Assembly: GCF_006345805.1 (NCBI RefSeq) | Contig: NC_042999.1 | Coordinates: 56,172,001 to 56,236,000 of the forward strand | Length of the DNA stretch: 64,000 nucleotides | Reading direction: 5' to 3' | Origin: Octopus sinensis | Taxonomy: Eukaryota | Part shown: piece by piece, positions 52,001 to 63,575 of the stretch | Layout of the letters: each line of letters starts with the position of its first letter | Numbering within the stretch: position 1 is the stretch's first letter | The notes under the pieces: generated by a model | The model's input: only the letters and a program-made list of their open reading frames with translations | The model's database searches: none | Told to the model about the DNA's origin: nothing | Position numbers and translations under genes: made by a program

Positions 52001-52862
52001 CAAAACTTGGATCTTGCGAATTTTCCAAAGTACTAACCCCACCCCCATTGCTTTCTGCACATTTTTGGTTTCAGATTAATTTCCTATGTCGATGTGAAGT
52101 AGAAAGATATCCATTTTCCTCAAAGTTACGAGGAGAAAAACATCGGATCTTGTGAATTTTCTGAAGTCCTCTCTCCACTCCCTCAGAAAAGATTTTTGCC
52201 ACAAATTTCTTTATAATCGTAATCTATACAGTTTGAAAGGTATTTATATAAAATTTCATTGAATAAACCCATTTTCCTAAACGTTGTGAGGGAAATTTCA
52301 TTGGATCTTGTCAATTTTCCGAAGGCCTCTCCCTATCCCTATCCCCATTGCTCTCCACACATTTTTGTTTTCCCAACAGTAACCAGATTGGTTTTCTACA
52401 CTTTTTTTTACACCCATTGCACTATTTGTTTTTTTCGATTTCATTTCCATGTAATAATGTCAACATTAACCATTTCCCCCACCCCACCCCATTTTCTTAA
52501 TCTGTATATTTCCAAGTAGATTGAAAAAACAGGGGCAAGACTTCCACCCGTCCTCCCACCCCAAAAAAACACCCTTTAAAAAAATTTTTTTCGACACAAG
52601 CACCCCCACCTCCCGCTTTTCGGCTACAGGGAATACAAATCTGCAAAAAAATTGGCAAAAATTGGCATTTTTAAATTACCCCCCCCCCCCATTTCATTCA
52701 TTTTTTTTTTTACGTTTTCAGATATATATTTTTTTCTAAATATGCGGAAACTTACGGAGATTATAATTCTGAAAAAAATTTACAAAAATTTTTTTTTCTA
52801 AATATGCGGAGAAATTTCTTTATAATCGTAATCTATACAGTTTGAAAGGTATTTATATAAAA

Positions 52863-53368
52863 CTAGCAGTATTGCCCGGCGTTGCTCGGGTTTGTAAGGG
52901 AAATAACTATATAAGCATTTTTAGAGAGTTACTTCCCTTATAAATTCGGGCTTTCTTAGCCATTTTTGTTTTGGTGTCTTCAAGCCATGAAGTTATTGTT
53001 CTAAAAGAACGCTGGTTTCCTTCACAACGCATTACGACGTTGATTTCTTTACACTCCCTTCCCCACAGCTTCACGAGGGAGGGAAGGGGGAGAAGCAAAC
53101 AGGTGCAGCTGTGAGCGTGGACGCCAACTCCGCCGCCATCGACACACGATGCATTTTATGCATTAAAATGGAATAAAAAATGATGTTAAATTATTTTTAA
53201 AATCGTAGACTCATCGTTGACACGCGCTAATAGTCAGACGGGCTCGATATGAATCACGACTATAAGATACCCGAATTTGGTTAAACTGCACCGCAAAATG
53301 TGGGAGGAGTTAGGAATCTAAATCGAAGGGGACAGACACTCACACAACTAGAGTTTTATATATATAGA
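52863..53368 (-). mobile_element. Non-autonomous Helitron (506 bp), same family as 21250-21635
   Basis: Same TC and hairpin-CTAG ends; inserted between A and T; removing it restores the repeat sequence seen uninterrupted at 52241-52268. Confidence 0.85.
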
Positions 53369-53424
53369 TTTCATTGAATAAACATTATGATTCAGACAAA
53401 AATTTCAAAACATTTCTGTAGTTA

Positions 53425-53510
53425 CGGTTAGGATAAGGGTTTTAGGGTTAGTGCTCAGGGGTTAGGGTTAGGGTTTTAGGGTTAGAATTTTAGGGTTAGG
53501 GTTAAGGTTA
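53425..53510 (+). repeat. Degenerate interstitial TTAGGG-like repeats
   Basis: ttagggttag...gggttagggttaggg...ttagggttagggttaagg; short and interrupted. Confidence 0.7.
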
Positions 53511-54613
53511 ATGTTGGGGAAAAAAGTAAAAATTGAAGAGTTTGGTTGGGGAAGGGGAGCAGATTTTCACAATGCAGATTTTGGGCAATTTTCCGGAAAC
53601 TCCGTATCCGAAAATGGGGGGTTTTGGCAAAAAATTTTTTTAAATAAACAAATTTGGGAGAAAATGGGGGTGGAGTGTTCCAAAAAGGGCAATCAAAATT
53701 TCGAAAAAAATTTAAATATTAAAGAATTGGGGATGTTGGGGAGGGAATTAAAAATTTTGAAAATGTTGCAATTTTGCATATTCGGAATCTCTGTTATCGA
53801 AAACATAGGAATCCGGTGAAAAAAAAATTGGAAAGGTTGGCTAAGGGGTGGATTGACTCTCCTCCAGTTCCACCAAAAAATTTTAGATTCATTTATTTTG
53901 CGTTTGAGTAATAGAGAAAGGTTATTTAAAAAAATCCGATGTATGATGGTGAGAAACGAATTCATAAATATGATGTTGAATATAGTTTCACTATAGAAAA
54001 AAGTTAAAGGGGATTTAGTTGTTGTTTTTAGTACATCTCCACTGTTGAGATCTTTTTTAAAATCTTTTTCTAGTACTCAAACAAAAACTAAATGAATCTA
54101 CAAGTTTTTTGGTGGGGTTTTTTTTCAAACTTTTTTCCTTTACTCAAGCAAAATAAAAATGGTTAATGTTTAATAATTTTTGAATTTCTTTCTCTTCGAA
54201 AGTCCTCCCACCACACCTCAGGAAAAACTTTTCCCTCAAATTTCTTTATAATCATAATCTATGCCGTTTGAAAGGTTTTTATATAAAAATTTCATTAAAA
54301 CATATCCATTTTCCTAAAGTTATTGAGGAGAAAAATCGGATTGTGTGAATCTTCCGAAAGTCCTGTGCCCCACCCCTTCAGAAAAAACTTTTCCTCTTTT
54401 TTTTTTTGTAATCTTCCATGTTTAAAGCATACAAATCCACAATCCATGCACCAGGATCAAACTCAAAACTACATATAGTGAAGTGGATTTGTTTACCATA
54501 CAGCTATGACTGCAACATAAGGATATGTTCTCAATGTTTATAAATTTAATAATTAAAAATGTTGCTTCATTCATGTTATAATTGGTAACAGAAGGTTATA
54601 AAAGAAAATACTG

Positions 54614-55300
54614 AGCTCTTTTCCTTTTGAACGGCAGTTTTCAACACAATTTCTAGTTAACTAAACACTTTTAAACTTCGTATACTGGTAGAATGTGTCA
54701 AAATAAAACATTTTTTTCTCTTTGCTTTCTTGAGAAAATTGTAATTTGTAAGTTTAACGTAGTTTAATTTTTCGAATTTTAACCAATCAATGGCCTCTAT
54801 TGAGCTAAAATCATTTGCTGCATCTAAAACTGAGACAACACCCTGTCACTAACCCAAACCCTAAATTTTAGTCTTTCGTTTTTTTTCTTAATTGTTAAAT
54901 TAATTTAATTGTTATGCGTGTGTCTAAATTACTCGTTTTGTTTTTGTTTTGAGTTTTTGCTTTCGTTTAGGCCTTTCGTTTTTTTTTTCTTAATTGTTAA
55001 ATTAATTTAAGGATAACAATTAAGAAAAAAAAACAACGAAAGGCTAAAATTTAGGGTTAGGGTTAGTGACAGGATGTTGTCTCAGTTTTAGACGCAGCAA
55101 ATGATTTTAGCTCAATAGAGGCCATTGATTGGTTAAAATTCGAAAAATTAAACTACGTTAAACTTACAAATTACAATTTTCTCAAGAAAGCCAAGAGAAA
55201 AAGTGTTTTATTTTGACACATTCTACCAGTATACAAAGTTTAAAAGTGTTTAGTTAACTAGAAATTGTGTTGAAAACTGCCGTTCAAAAGGAAAAGATCC
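54614..55300. mobile_element. Second copy of the foldback MITE family (687 bp), TSD aaatactg / aaataccg
   Basis: Same outer arms (cttttccttttgaacggcag...ctgccgttcaaaaggaaaagatcc); arms of about 270 bp pair closely; different centre. Confidence 0.85.
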
Positions 55301-56049
55301 AAATACCGACACATCAGTAGTGTTCCTTCTTGAGGACATGATATATTACAAAATACACTTATAGGTTTAAAATCAATTCTGTGTTTGTACATTAGTAAAA
55401 CTTTATTAAATACAATGTGCAACTGTAAACGGTTGGCTTTTGGGGCGGGGGGGATGGAGAAGATGCTTTCACAGATAAGACAAATTACAGTTAACACACA
55501 GTTTAGGGGGTCGAAACAAATGAAAGTAAATTGACCGGAAGTGACGACATGATATCTCATAATTTGTGAAATCCTTCGACATGACATCTCTAATTAGTAA
55601 AATCCTTTAATTTTATTATGCCATATTTGCAGATACATACTTGCATAGTACCTTCTAGTGATGTCAAGTATATTAGAAATAACGAAGTTACCCCGGTCCA
55701 ATGTATTATATCCAGCAACGAACCACTAAGAAAGCAAATCGGCGGTTTGCTTGTATGTCGATGCATGACAGCCACCGCAGCTACACATGTTCAATGCAAT
55801 AATCTTGTATGACCACTGAGCCATACATAAGGATTTGATAGGAAATGATGATGTTGTTTCTGTTGATTCTCGTTCTATATATTGGTTGTGTAACATAAAC
55901 TGCTTACATGAAATTATCAGATGCCACTGTCGTCACTTCTGGTCATTTTTACTTTCACTTTGTTTTAAATCCCTAAACTGCATTTCAACCGGCAACAAAT
56001 CTGAATAACCGTTTATATATCTAATTTAAATTTTGGTTTGATTTATCTT

Positions 56050-57060
56050 GTTAAACTCCCTTATGATGGTCTGTAGGACTATGATGAAGAGGAGTGGACT
56101 AAGGACTGAATGCTGATGGACTGCTACCTCCATGTTCTTTCATTTTTGCTAAGTTTACCTTGAGGCCTCTTGATTCTACATTTAGCTTCTACATCTGGAA
56201 TTTCCTCTCTAATTTGCTTATAGATTTAGCTATGAGAACTAGATTGTCAGCAATATAAGAGTTCCTATGATCAGCCAGTCTTAAACTCCCTTATGATGGA
56301 ATGTAGGACTATGATGAAGAGGAGAGGACTAAGGACTGAGTACTGATGGACTGCTACCTCCATGTTAAATTCATCACTGAACTCGTCATTGACTCTCACT
56401 TTACTTACAGCATCTCTGTACATAGCTTGTTTAACTTACACAAACCATTCATTTACACCCAGTTTCCTCAGTGACCACCAAATTACTGAGCAGGGTACTC
56501 TGTCAAATGATTTCTCCAGATCAATGAAAGCCAGGAATAATGGGTTATTCTAAGCCAGGTATTTCTCCTGCAATTGCCTCACTTGGAAGATTGCACCTGT
56601 GTTACCTCCTCCCACAACATATCCCCAATACACACTCCCTCCATCTCTGTCTGCGTTTTACACCTCCATCCACCTACCACTCTCTTTTTGTAATATATAT
56701 ATATTGTACACAATATCCACAATTACAGACCAACACTTTTTTACACAGATGTCCTCATCCATACACATCACATGACCATACCAGTGCAGTCTTCCCTCTT
56801 GCACACCACATCTGATGCATCACAGAACCAATTTTTCTCTTAAAACACACTCTGTCATATATGCGCACTGACATTGCATATCTAGCAGAGTATGCAGGTT
56901 TCATTTCTTTCAAGCCTTCTCAGCAGTCACAACTGTCCATAGATTGGCTTGCAGAGATACACTTGCTAGGCAAGTGACTAGAACTGGGGCCATGTGTTGA
57001 AACTAAAACAATCACAGCCTGGAAGAGACATTCTAAAACACGGTGACCCTGTCACAGTTA
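56050..57060 (-). mobile_element. Degraded RTE LINE fragments with an internal duplication of about 85 bp (56052-56135 and 56282-56365)
   Basis: Minus-strand remnants VHQHSVLSPLLFIIVLQ and ELLYIADNLVLIAKS; ttgcacaccacatctgatgc is shared with the 46320 copy. Confidence 0.7.
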
Positions 57061-57686
57061 ATGCACTGAAAATTTTGACACCAAAACCTAATGTTTAAGT
57101 GAAGCTAACAGTCTTTGAATGTCTTTTATGTGTCTTCCATGCTGTAATTGTGTGTGCGAGTGGGGTCTGTATCATCATCATCATTATAATCATCACCATC
57201 AACACCGTTGTTTAATGTCTGTTTTCCACGTTGGCATGGGTTGGACGGTCTGACAGGAGTTGGCCAGTCAGAGAGCTGCACCAGGCTCCAGTTGTCTGTT
57301 TTGGCATGGTTTCTACTGTTGGATGCCCTTCCTAATGCCAACCACTTTCTACAGTGTACTTGGCCCTTTTTACATGCCACCTACACAAGTGCATTTATGT
57401 AGTGCTGGTACTAGTGCATCTTATGTGACACTGTTGCGGGTGCCTTTTATGTAGCACTGCCACCAGCAAGACAAGGATCTCTCAGCTGGGAGAGGGAGTT
57501 GGGGCATGGCCATAAAGGATATTCCTGTATGTATGGATGGCCACAATTTCTTCTCAAGTACAGCAAATTGCCACAAGCCCCAATCCCTTGTCATTTCCTC
57601 AGTGAGGAAATGACAAGGGGTTAGGGCTTTACTCAACCCTTCATCCCCTGTCTACCCATTCCACAGTTTACTTCCACAATTAGAGA

Positions 57687-57726
<40 letters not shown>

Positions 57727-57768
57727 CGTGTGTATATGTATGTATGCATGTATATATATATATATATA

Positions 57769-58293
57769 CGTCTCCGATGAAGGAATATTATTATTAATTA
57801 ATATCCTAGAAACAGCTGTAAGACCTTCTATTTATAAATGCTCTAATATCTATACAGCCTTGGTTTTTTTTATCTCATTACACAAAAAATTCATATACAC
57901 ACACGCTGACATAGAACCAACGTTGAACCTTTTATTTGCAATATTACTGAATCTGGAATTTAACTATGGTCTGTCTATAGCACTTATTCAGCATTACCTG
58001 ACACCTTTGGGTCTTAACGACACCATTATCTCTTATAACCTCAACTTCTTGCTAATATAAGCACTTATCCCAGGTAAAGCTTCAGTAATGGATAATCAAT
58101 TCCTTGGCATTTCTCTTAAAGGCACACCTATTCCTTCACTGAAGACTTTCCTAAATTTTCCTCTCACACCGTCTCCGATGAAGGGATATTATTATTAATT
58201 AATATCCTAGAAACAGCTGTAAGACCTTCTATCTATAAATGCTCTAATATCTATACAGCCTTAGTTTTTTTTATCTCATTACACAAAAAATTC

Positions 58294-58300
<7 letters not shown>
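57769..58300 (+). mobile_element. Penelope-like element end: direct repeat of about 130 bp (period 401) flanking a GIY-YIG-like C-terminal remnant
   Basis: cgtctccgatgaagg...cctagaaacagctgtaagacc at 57769 and 58170; between them IQHYLTPLGLN, resembling the P-x-GLN end of Penelope endonucleases. Confidence 0.5.
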
Positions 58301-58342
<42 letters not shown>

Positions 58343-58713
58343 CACATATCACATACTTACACATATATATACACATATCACATACTTACACATATATATA
58401 TACACATATATATGTATGTATATATACCTGTAGCACATAAAAGCACCCATTACAGTCTTAGAGTGGTTGGCATTAGGAAGGGCATCCAGCTATAGAAAAC
58501 CAAACCAAATCAGACTGGAGTCTGGTGCAGCCCCTCAGCTTAACAACACTAGTAAAACTGTCCAATCCATGCCAACATGGATAACAGACATTAAATGATG
58601 ATGATGATGATATATATATATACATCATCATCATCATTATCGTTTAACGTCTGTTTTCCATGCTAGCATGGGTTGGAATATATATATGTGTGTGTGTGTG
58701 TTTGATATATATA

Positions 58714-59678
58714 CAGGGGTTGGACAAAATAATGGAAGCACCTTAAAATTTCAAACAAATTTATTTTAATATGGGGTAGGACCGCCTTTGGCAGTAATTA
58801 GTTATAGACTTGTACAAAGTTTGAATTGTTTCCAAAGGAATTTTTGTCCATTCTTCAGCTAAAAAAGTCTCCAGCTCTTGTAGAAAACCATTGTGCTGGT
58901 GGATTTCCAAGATATAGCCCCCAGATCTTCACAGATCCTCTTCCATGTTCAACAGTTGGAAGAAGGCAGTCTGGGTCAGATGCTTCTTTTCACTGTCTCC
59001 ACACGTATACTTGGCCGGTGGTCAGAGATAAGGTAAAGGATGACTCGTCCAAGAAAATAACATTCTTCCATTGCTCTAGGGACCAATTCTGTAGGTTTTA
59101 CTGCATCCAAATGCTTTGCAAAGTTTGTTTTTGAAAGCAGTGGTTTTCTGATTGCAGCCCTCCCTTGAAATCCAGCTTTCTGCAGAACAGTTTTTGTGGA
59201 AACTGGGTTCTCAAGGAGGTCATTAAGCTCTGCAGTAATTTTGGGAGCTGTATTTTTGTGATCCTTTCTAAGAATACGTGTAAGAGTCCAATGGTCCCTA
59301 TCTGAAAGTTTGGTTTTCTTCTGGAGTTTGTTTCGACGAGAAGGCTTTTCCCTCTTTCTCAAAGGTTATCATTACTTTCAATACAGTACTTTTTGATACA
59401 CCAAACATTTTGACTGTTTTCATAACACTGGCACCTGCCATACGAGCACCAACAATTTGACTTCTTTGAAAGTTTGATAGATCTGTCAGTTTAATGAATT
59501 TTAATCACCTTTTTCTGATGATATTTGAAAAGAAACAGCAATTTTAGCAAAACACATTAAGCAACACTAATAATAAATCAAAAAACATAAAAATAAACAA
59601 GCTTTTGACAGTTTTATAGACATTTCAGAATTATGATACTATGATGCTAGGTGTTTCCATTATTTTGTCCAACCCTTG
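58714..59678 (-). mobile_element. Internally deleted Tc1-like DNA transposon (965 bp)
   Basis: TIRs caggggttggacaaaataatggaa / ttccattattttgtccaacccttg flanked by TA (58712-13, 59679-80). Minus-strand transposase remnant KLSDRDHWTLTRILRKDHKNTAPKITAEL...AIRKPLLS, then KNVIFLDESSFTL; the remainder of the catalytic domain is missing. Confidence 0.9.
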
Positions 59679-59702
59679 TAGATGTGTGTGTGTGTGTGTA
59701 TT

Positions 59703-60106
59703 CTTTTACTCTTTTACTTGTTTCAGTCATTTGACTGCAGCCATGCTGGAGCACCACCTTTAGTTGAACAAATCAACCCCAGGACTTATTCTTTGTAAGC
59801 CTAGTACTTATACTATCAGTTTTTTTTGCTGGACCGCAAAGTTACAGGGATGTAAACACACCAGCATCGGTTGTCAAGCAATGGTAGGCAGACAAACAGA
59901 CACACAAATATTCATACATGTATATATGTATATGTATACGACAGGCTTCTTCTTTCAGTTTCCGTCTACCAAATCCACTGACAAGGCTTTGGTTGGCCCA
60001 AGGCTATAGTAGAAAACACTTGCCTAAGGTGTCACACAGTGAGACTGAACCCAGAACCATGTGGTTGGGTAGCAAACGTTTTACCATACAGCCACTCCTG
60101 TGCCTG
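59703..60106 (-). mobile_element. tRNA-derived SINE, family A
   Basis: Collinear with 25257-25647. Confidence 0.88.
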
Positions 60107-60740
60107 TATACATATGCGTATATAGACATTTTATGCACACTATACTATGAATCAGAAGGCCTGAAATACATTTAAATATCAGAAAAAACCCAGCTGTGAA
60201 AGAAATATAACAATGGAGACATATTTTCTCTTCACTTTTGATATACAAAAAGACAACTAAGAGATGGGAGTGCCCTGACTGACCATCCCATAGCTTGTTG
60301 ACTGTTCCTCAGGGAAGTAGCCAGTTTCTTTCCTTTGTTCATAGCATAAAATATTCATCTTTTATATAAAGCAGTCCTAAATTAGGCTAATACCAGACAT
60401 ATCTCTTCTGAGGAGCAGCTAAGTGTAAAAATGGCGATTGCTCTCCTTATTTCTTGAACATCAAAAGCATAGACAGTATGTGTTTACATGCTCATATTTC
60501 TGTCACTGCCAGGCATTCTAACACACACACACACATGCATGCCTACATATTGGTGTCCCAAATTCCAGAGTCGGGACAAATAGGTGCCCATATACTAGGT
60601 AACAGAGTGGGAATATTATTATTTATATAATATGATAATCCCAAGAATCCCTAATTACAAAATGGTTCCTCTGTGTGTGTGTGTGCAAGCGCGTATGTGT
60701 GCACGTCTCTGCTCGGCTGTCTATCTATTTATCTGTCTGG

Positions 60741-60778
<38 letters not shown>

Positions 60779-60866
60779 GTCTCTCTCTCTCTCTCTATCT
60801 ATCTGTGTGTGTGTCCGTCTATCTATATCTGTCTGTCTGTCTATCTATCTGTCTATCTATCTGTCT

Positions 60867-60915
<49 letters not shown>

Positions 60916-61145
60916 AGATTCTATAAGGAACTTTAATATCCGACACATTTCCTTCCTTTTAAATTTTACTGAATAGGAGAGTTACGGTATTTGTCCCCAA
61001 AATTGTTATAAAATATTTGTACGTTGACCCCTGAAAATATTTTGTTTCCGGGTCAACATCACGACATCATCATTTATTTGTCTGACAATAAACTGTTTCG
61101 TTTAATTAAAAAAGATTTCATTCAGCATAAACCAAACACTCTTGA

Positions 61146-61176
<31 letters not shown>

Positions 61177-61221
61177 AAACAAACATATAAAAACGGTATA
61201 TTTTATTTTTCTTTCGTAATC

Positions 61222-61563
61222 TTATCTCAGAGTGATACTATTTATAATGATATCAAATATCAGAAGTCTGGATTTCCAGTTGAGATTTAAACAGCAGCAT
61301 TGGGTATATGTATATATCATTCGTGGATGGTTAATTAACGCTAGAGAGAGGGTGGAAATGGGTGAAGAATCGTTGATGCTTGTCTTGTATACACTTATGC
61401 TATAAAGGAATTGAAACAATTCCAATAATGTAATCAAAATAAACTTCGGAGTGTTCTCAACTCGCTGGAAACCTGCGTCGTTCGATGGTGCTGTCCTTCC
61501 TTGAAAAAAATTCCAAAATTTTCCGTCACCTCTCGAACAATTTGCCGAAGCAAATGTACCCAT
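61222..61563 (-). CDS. Unidentified 113-aa ORF divergent from DNAL4 (MGTFASANC..., one hydrophobic stretch)
   Basis: ORF track; ATG start, located at the edge of the CpG-rich promoter; no family recognised. Confidence 0.22.
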   Translation of the reverse strand: MGTFASANCSRGDGKFWNFFQGRTAPSNDAGFQRVENTPKFILITLLELFQFLYSISVYKTSINDSSPISTLSLALINHPRMIYTYTQCCCLNLNWKSRLLIFDIIINSITLR

Positions 61564-62240
61564 CTATCGTTGTATAAATCACCACAACCCCACCCCTCCG
61601 GCATTAGTCATAGGGAGACAGACTGGAGTTTTGGAAAGGAATCCAGACAGTAGTTTACGTCTCCAGGGAAGTTCTGACTCAGCCCCATTCAATAAAGGGC
61701 ATTAACTCTTGAGCAGGTGCTCTGCCTAATTGGATATTAATTTACATATTTTTATGGTGTCTGTAATGTTTAAACCGGTGATATTTAGTGGCCGGTGGTT
61801 GTATTACTAGATGTTATTTACTACTGGAGGTTTGGTATCGTAGTCTCTTCCTCCACCACCCTCATTAAGTATCTTACACCCCTACCCACTTCATTCTCGG
61901 TCGACAATACGAAACGTGATACACTCACATACTAATATTATATTCGGACACCTACGGTAACGGATTTATTTTGTTTTTCTATCCTCCGCCGTCACCACTA
62001 AATCAACAATTCAATGAAGGCCCACATAGTGTTAATCTACTGATAAATAAAGCTTCGTAACAACCTCGGTGACAAAGCCTCGGAGTGGCTTCGCATCTGG
62101 TTACTAACCACAAACAGCCCGGCTTAACATCAATAAACAAACATCGACCGACATTTCGATAAACGACTCAGAGATCCTAGAAGGGGGCAAAAGATCGCTG
62201 CAAAAAAGTTTCCAGACTCGCCTTGATCTTCGCAGAGAGC
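61560..62240. promoter_or_regulatory. CpG-rich promoter region of DNAL4, possibly bidirectional
   Basis: Visibly more CG dinucleotides than the flanks, no recognisable repeats, directly upstream of the DNAL4 ATG. Confidence 0.6.
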
Positions 62241-62312
62241 ATGGCAGAAACTACAGAAGATAAGAAGGAACCAGAGACTAAACGAGCTGCCCACACATAC
62301 CCACTTATACGA
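62241..62312 (+). CDS. DNAL4: First coding exon of axonemal dynein light chain 4: MAETTEDKKEPETKRAAHTYPLIR; remaining exons not found in the window
   Basis: Resembles the human DNAL4 N-terminus MGETEGKKDEADYKRLQTFPLVR (recalled). ATG in good context (agcATGG); exon ends at a consensus donor cga|gtaagt; CpG-rich upstream region. Only 24 aa are visible. Confidence 0.8.
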
Positions 62313-63249
62313 GTAAGTCGCAGATTTTTGATTACGATAACGTTCTTATCTAATTCCATTTACATTCATAAATCTCTGATTAGATTCCCGAACTTTAATG
62401 TTTTTCATTATACGTTCTGCCTAATTAGCTATAAAGCTTTATACCTAATTAATTATAATTATAATGTTGTTACTCAGCGTACCGGCAAGTTAAATCAGTG
62501 ATCTGGGTTCGCTCACCACCCGCTTAAAGCTGTTTCATTTACATTTTAAAATGCATGAACGTCACACAATCTCATTTTCCCTTATCCTAAATGTGAAACT
62601 TTGGGTCTATGTAAGGAATCAATACGTTTTAATTTAATTTTTTAAAAAAATCGTTTGACTGACGACACTCGGATATTAAAGACCCGAGTTTTTTTTTCTC
62701 TCTTTTAACGTGGAAGTGTGTGTTATATTGAAATGCTAAACTCGACGAATTTACCTCACTTCCCGGTTTCGATTCCTGGTTGGAACAACATCATTTCATT
62801 AAAGATTTAACCCTTAAAAAAATCTGACACAAGAACACAAATTTTGATGGACAGGCAATGAACAACTGCTCCTTTGTATATGACTGGTATAGATTTTCAT
62901 GATCCTGGGAGAATAAGAAACGAAATTGATTTTGACAAGATTTGTTCTCAAAAAGCAAAGGACCATTCTAAATATAACCTTTCCTAGATAATAATAATAA
63001 TAATAATAATAATAATCACTTCTAGTTTGGCACATGGCCTGAGATTTTGAAGTGTACCAGTTGAACACTGTGGTCGATTATATCAACCCCAGTGTTCAAC
63101 TGGTACATTTTTGTATCGGCCCTGGAAAGACAAATGACAAAGTTGACCTCAGCAGGATTTGATCTCAGAATGTAAAGAGCAGGAAGAAATGCTACTTAGC
63201 CTTTTGCTCAAAGTGTTAACGATTTTGCCAGCTTGCTGTTTTAATAATA

Positions 63250-63575
63250 ATAATAAGAGCACTTAGAGAGCACAAACCCCCACCAAGGCAACACCAATGT
63301 CCTCTCAAAGATTAGTCAGGGATGATTTTTAAAATGAGAATATCTGAAAGAAACTCGACTGCTCTCAAAAATTAAGTAAAAAAACAGGAAAAATAATCCA
63401 GAATCCTTGTGCAGCATCGGATTAATCCCAAAATCTAATTAGTTCATAGCAGTCATGAGGTCAAACATCCCTGAAAGTTTCATCCGAATCCATCCTGTGG
63501 TTCTTGAGATATCTTGTCCACAAACAAACAAACACGACTGAAAACAATACCTCTGCCTTCACTAAGGTAGAGGTA
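63250..63575 (+). mobile_element. Helentron-associated (HINE/DINE-1-like) non-autonomous element
   Basis: Starts aataagagcacttagagagcac, has a (caaa)n microsatellite near the 3' end, and ends in a hairpin tacctctgcctt-cact-aaggtagaggta (63548-63575); flanked by (aat)n. Confidence 0.55.

Larger units (their letters stand above)
49390..54400. repeat. Cluster of one AT-rich modular repeat family in both orientations
   Basis: Block aaattcacaagatccgatg...taggaaaatgg...tataaatacctttcaaa...tagattacgattata at about 49490-49790 (+), 50805-51330 (+), 52080-52471 (-), 52810-52862 (-) and 54170-54390 (-). Confidence 0.8.

Noticed and set aside
52500-53960. Homopolymer-rich segments (52500-52810 and 53510-53960) as a novel sequence class
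   Set aside because: They look like garbled versions of neighbouring repeats with inflated A/T/G/C runs; low consensus quality is a simpler explanation and limits inference in this region.
60250-60480. Minus-strand frame VYAFDVQEIRRAIAIF...EEICLVLA*...RKETG as a host exon
   Set aside because: It has an internal stop and resembles a decayed Tc1/mariner HTH start; too weak to list as a feature.
62755-62790. tRNA-like T-arm (ccggtttcgattcctggttgga)
   Set aside because: B-box-like fragment only; no D-arm, anticodon arm or acceptor stem.
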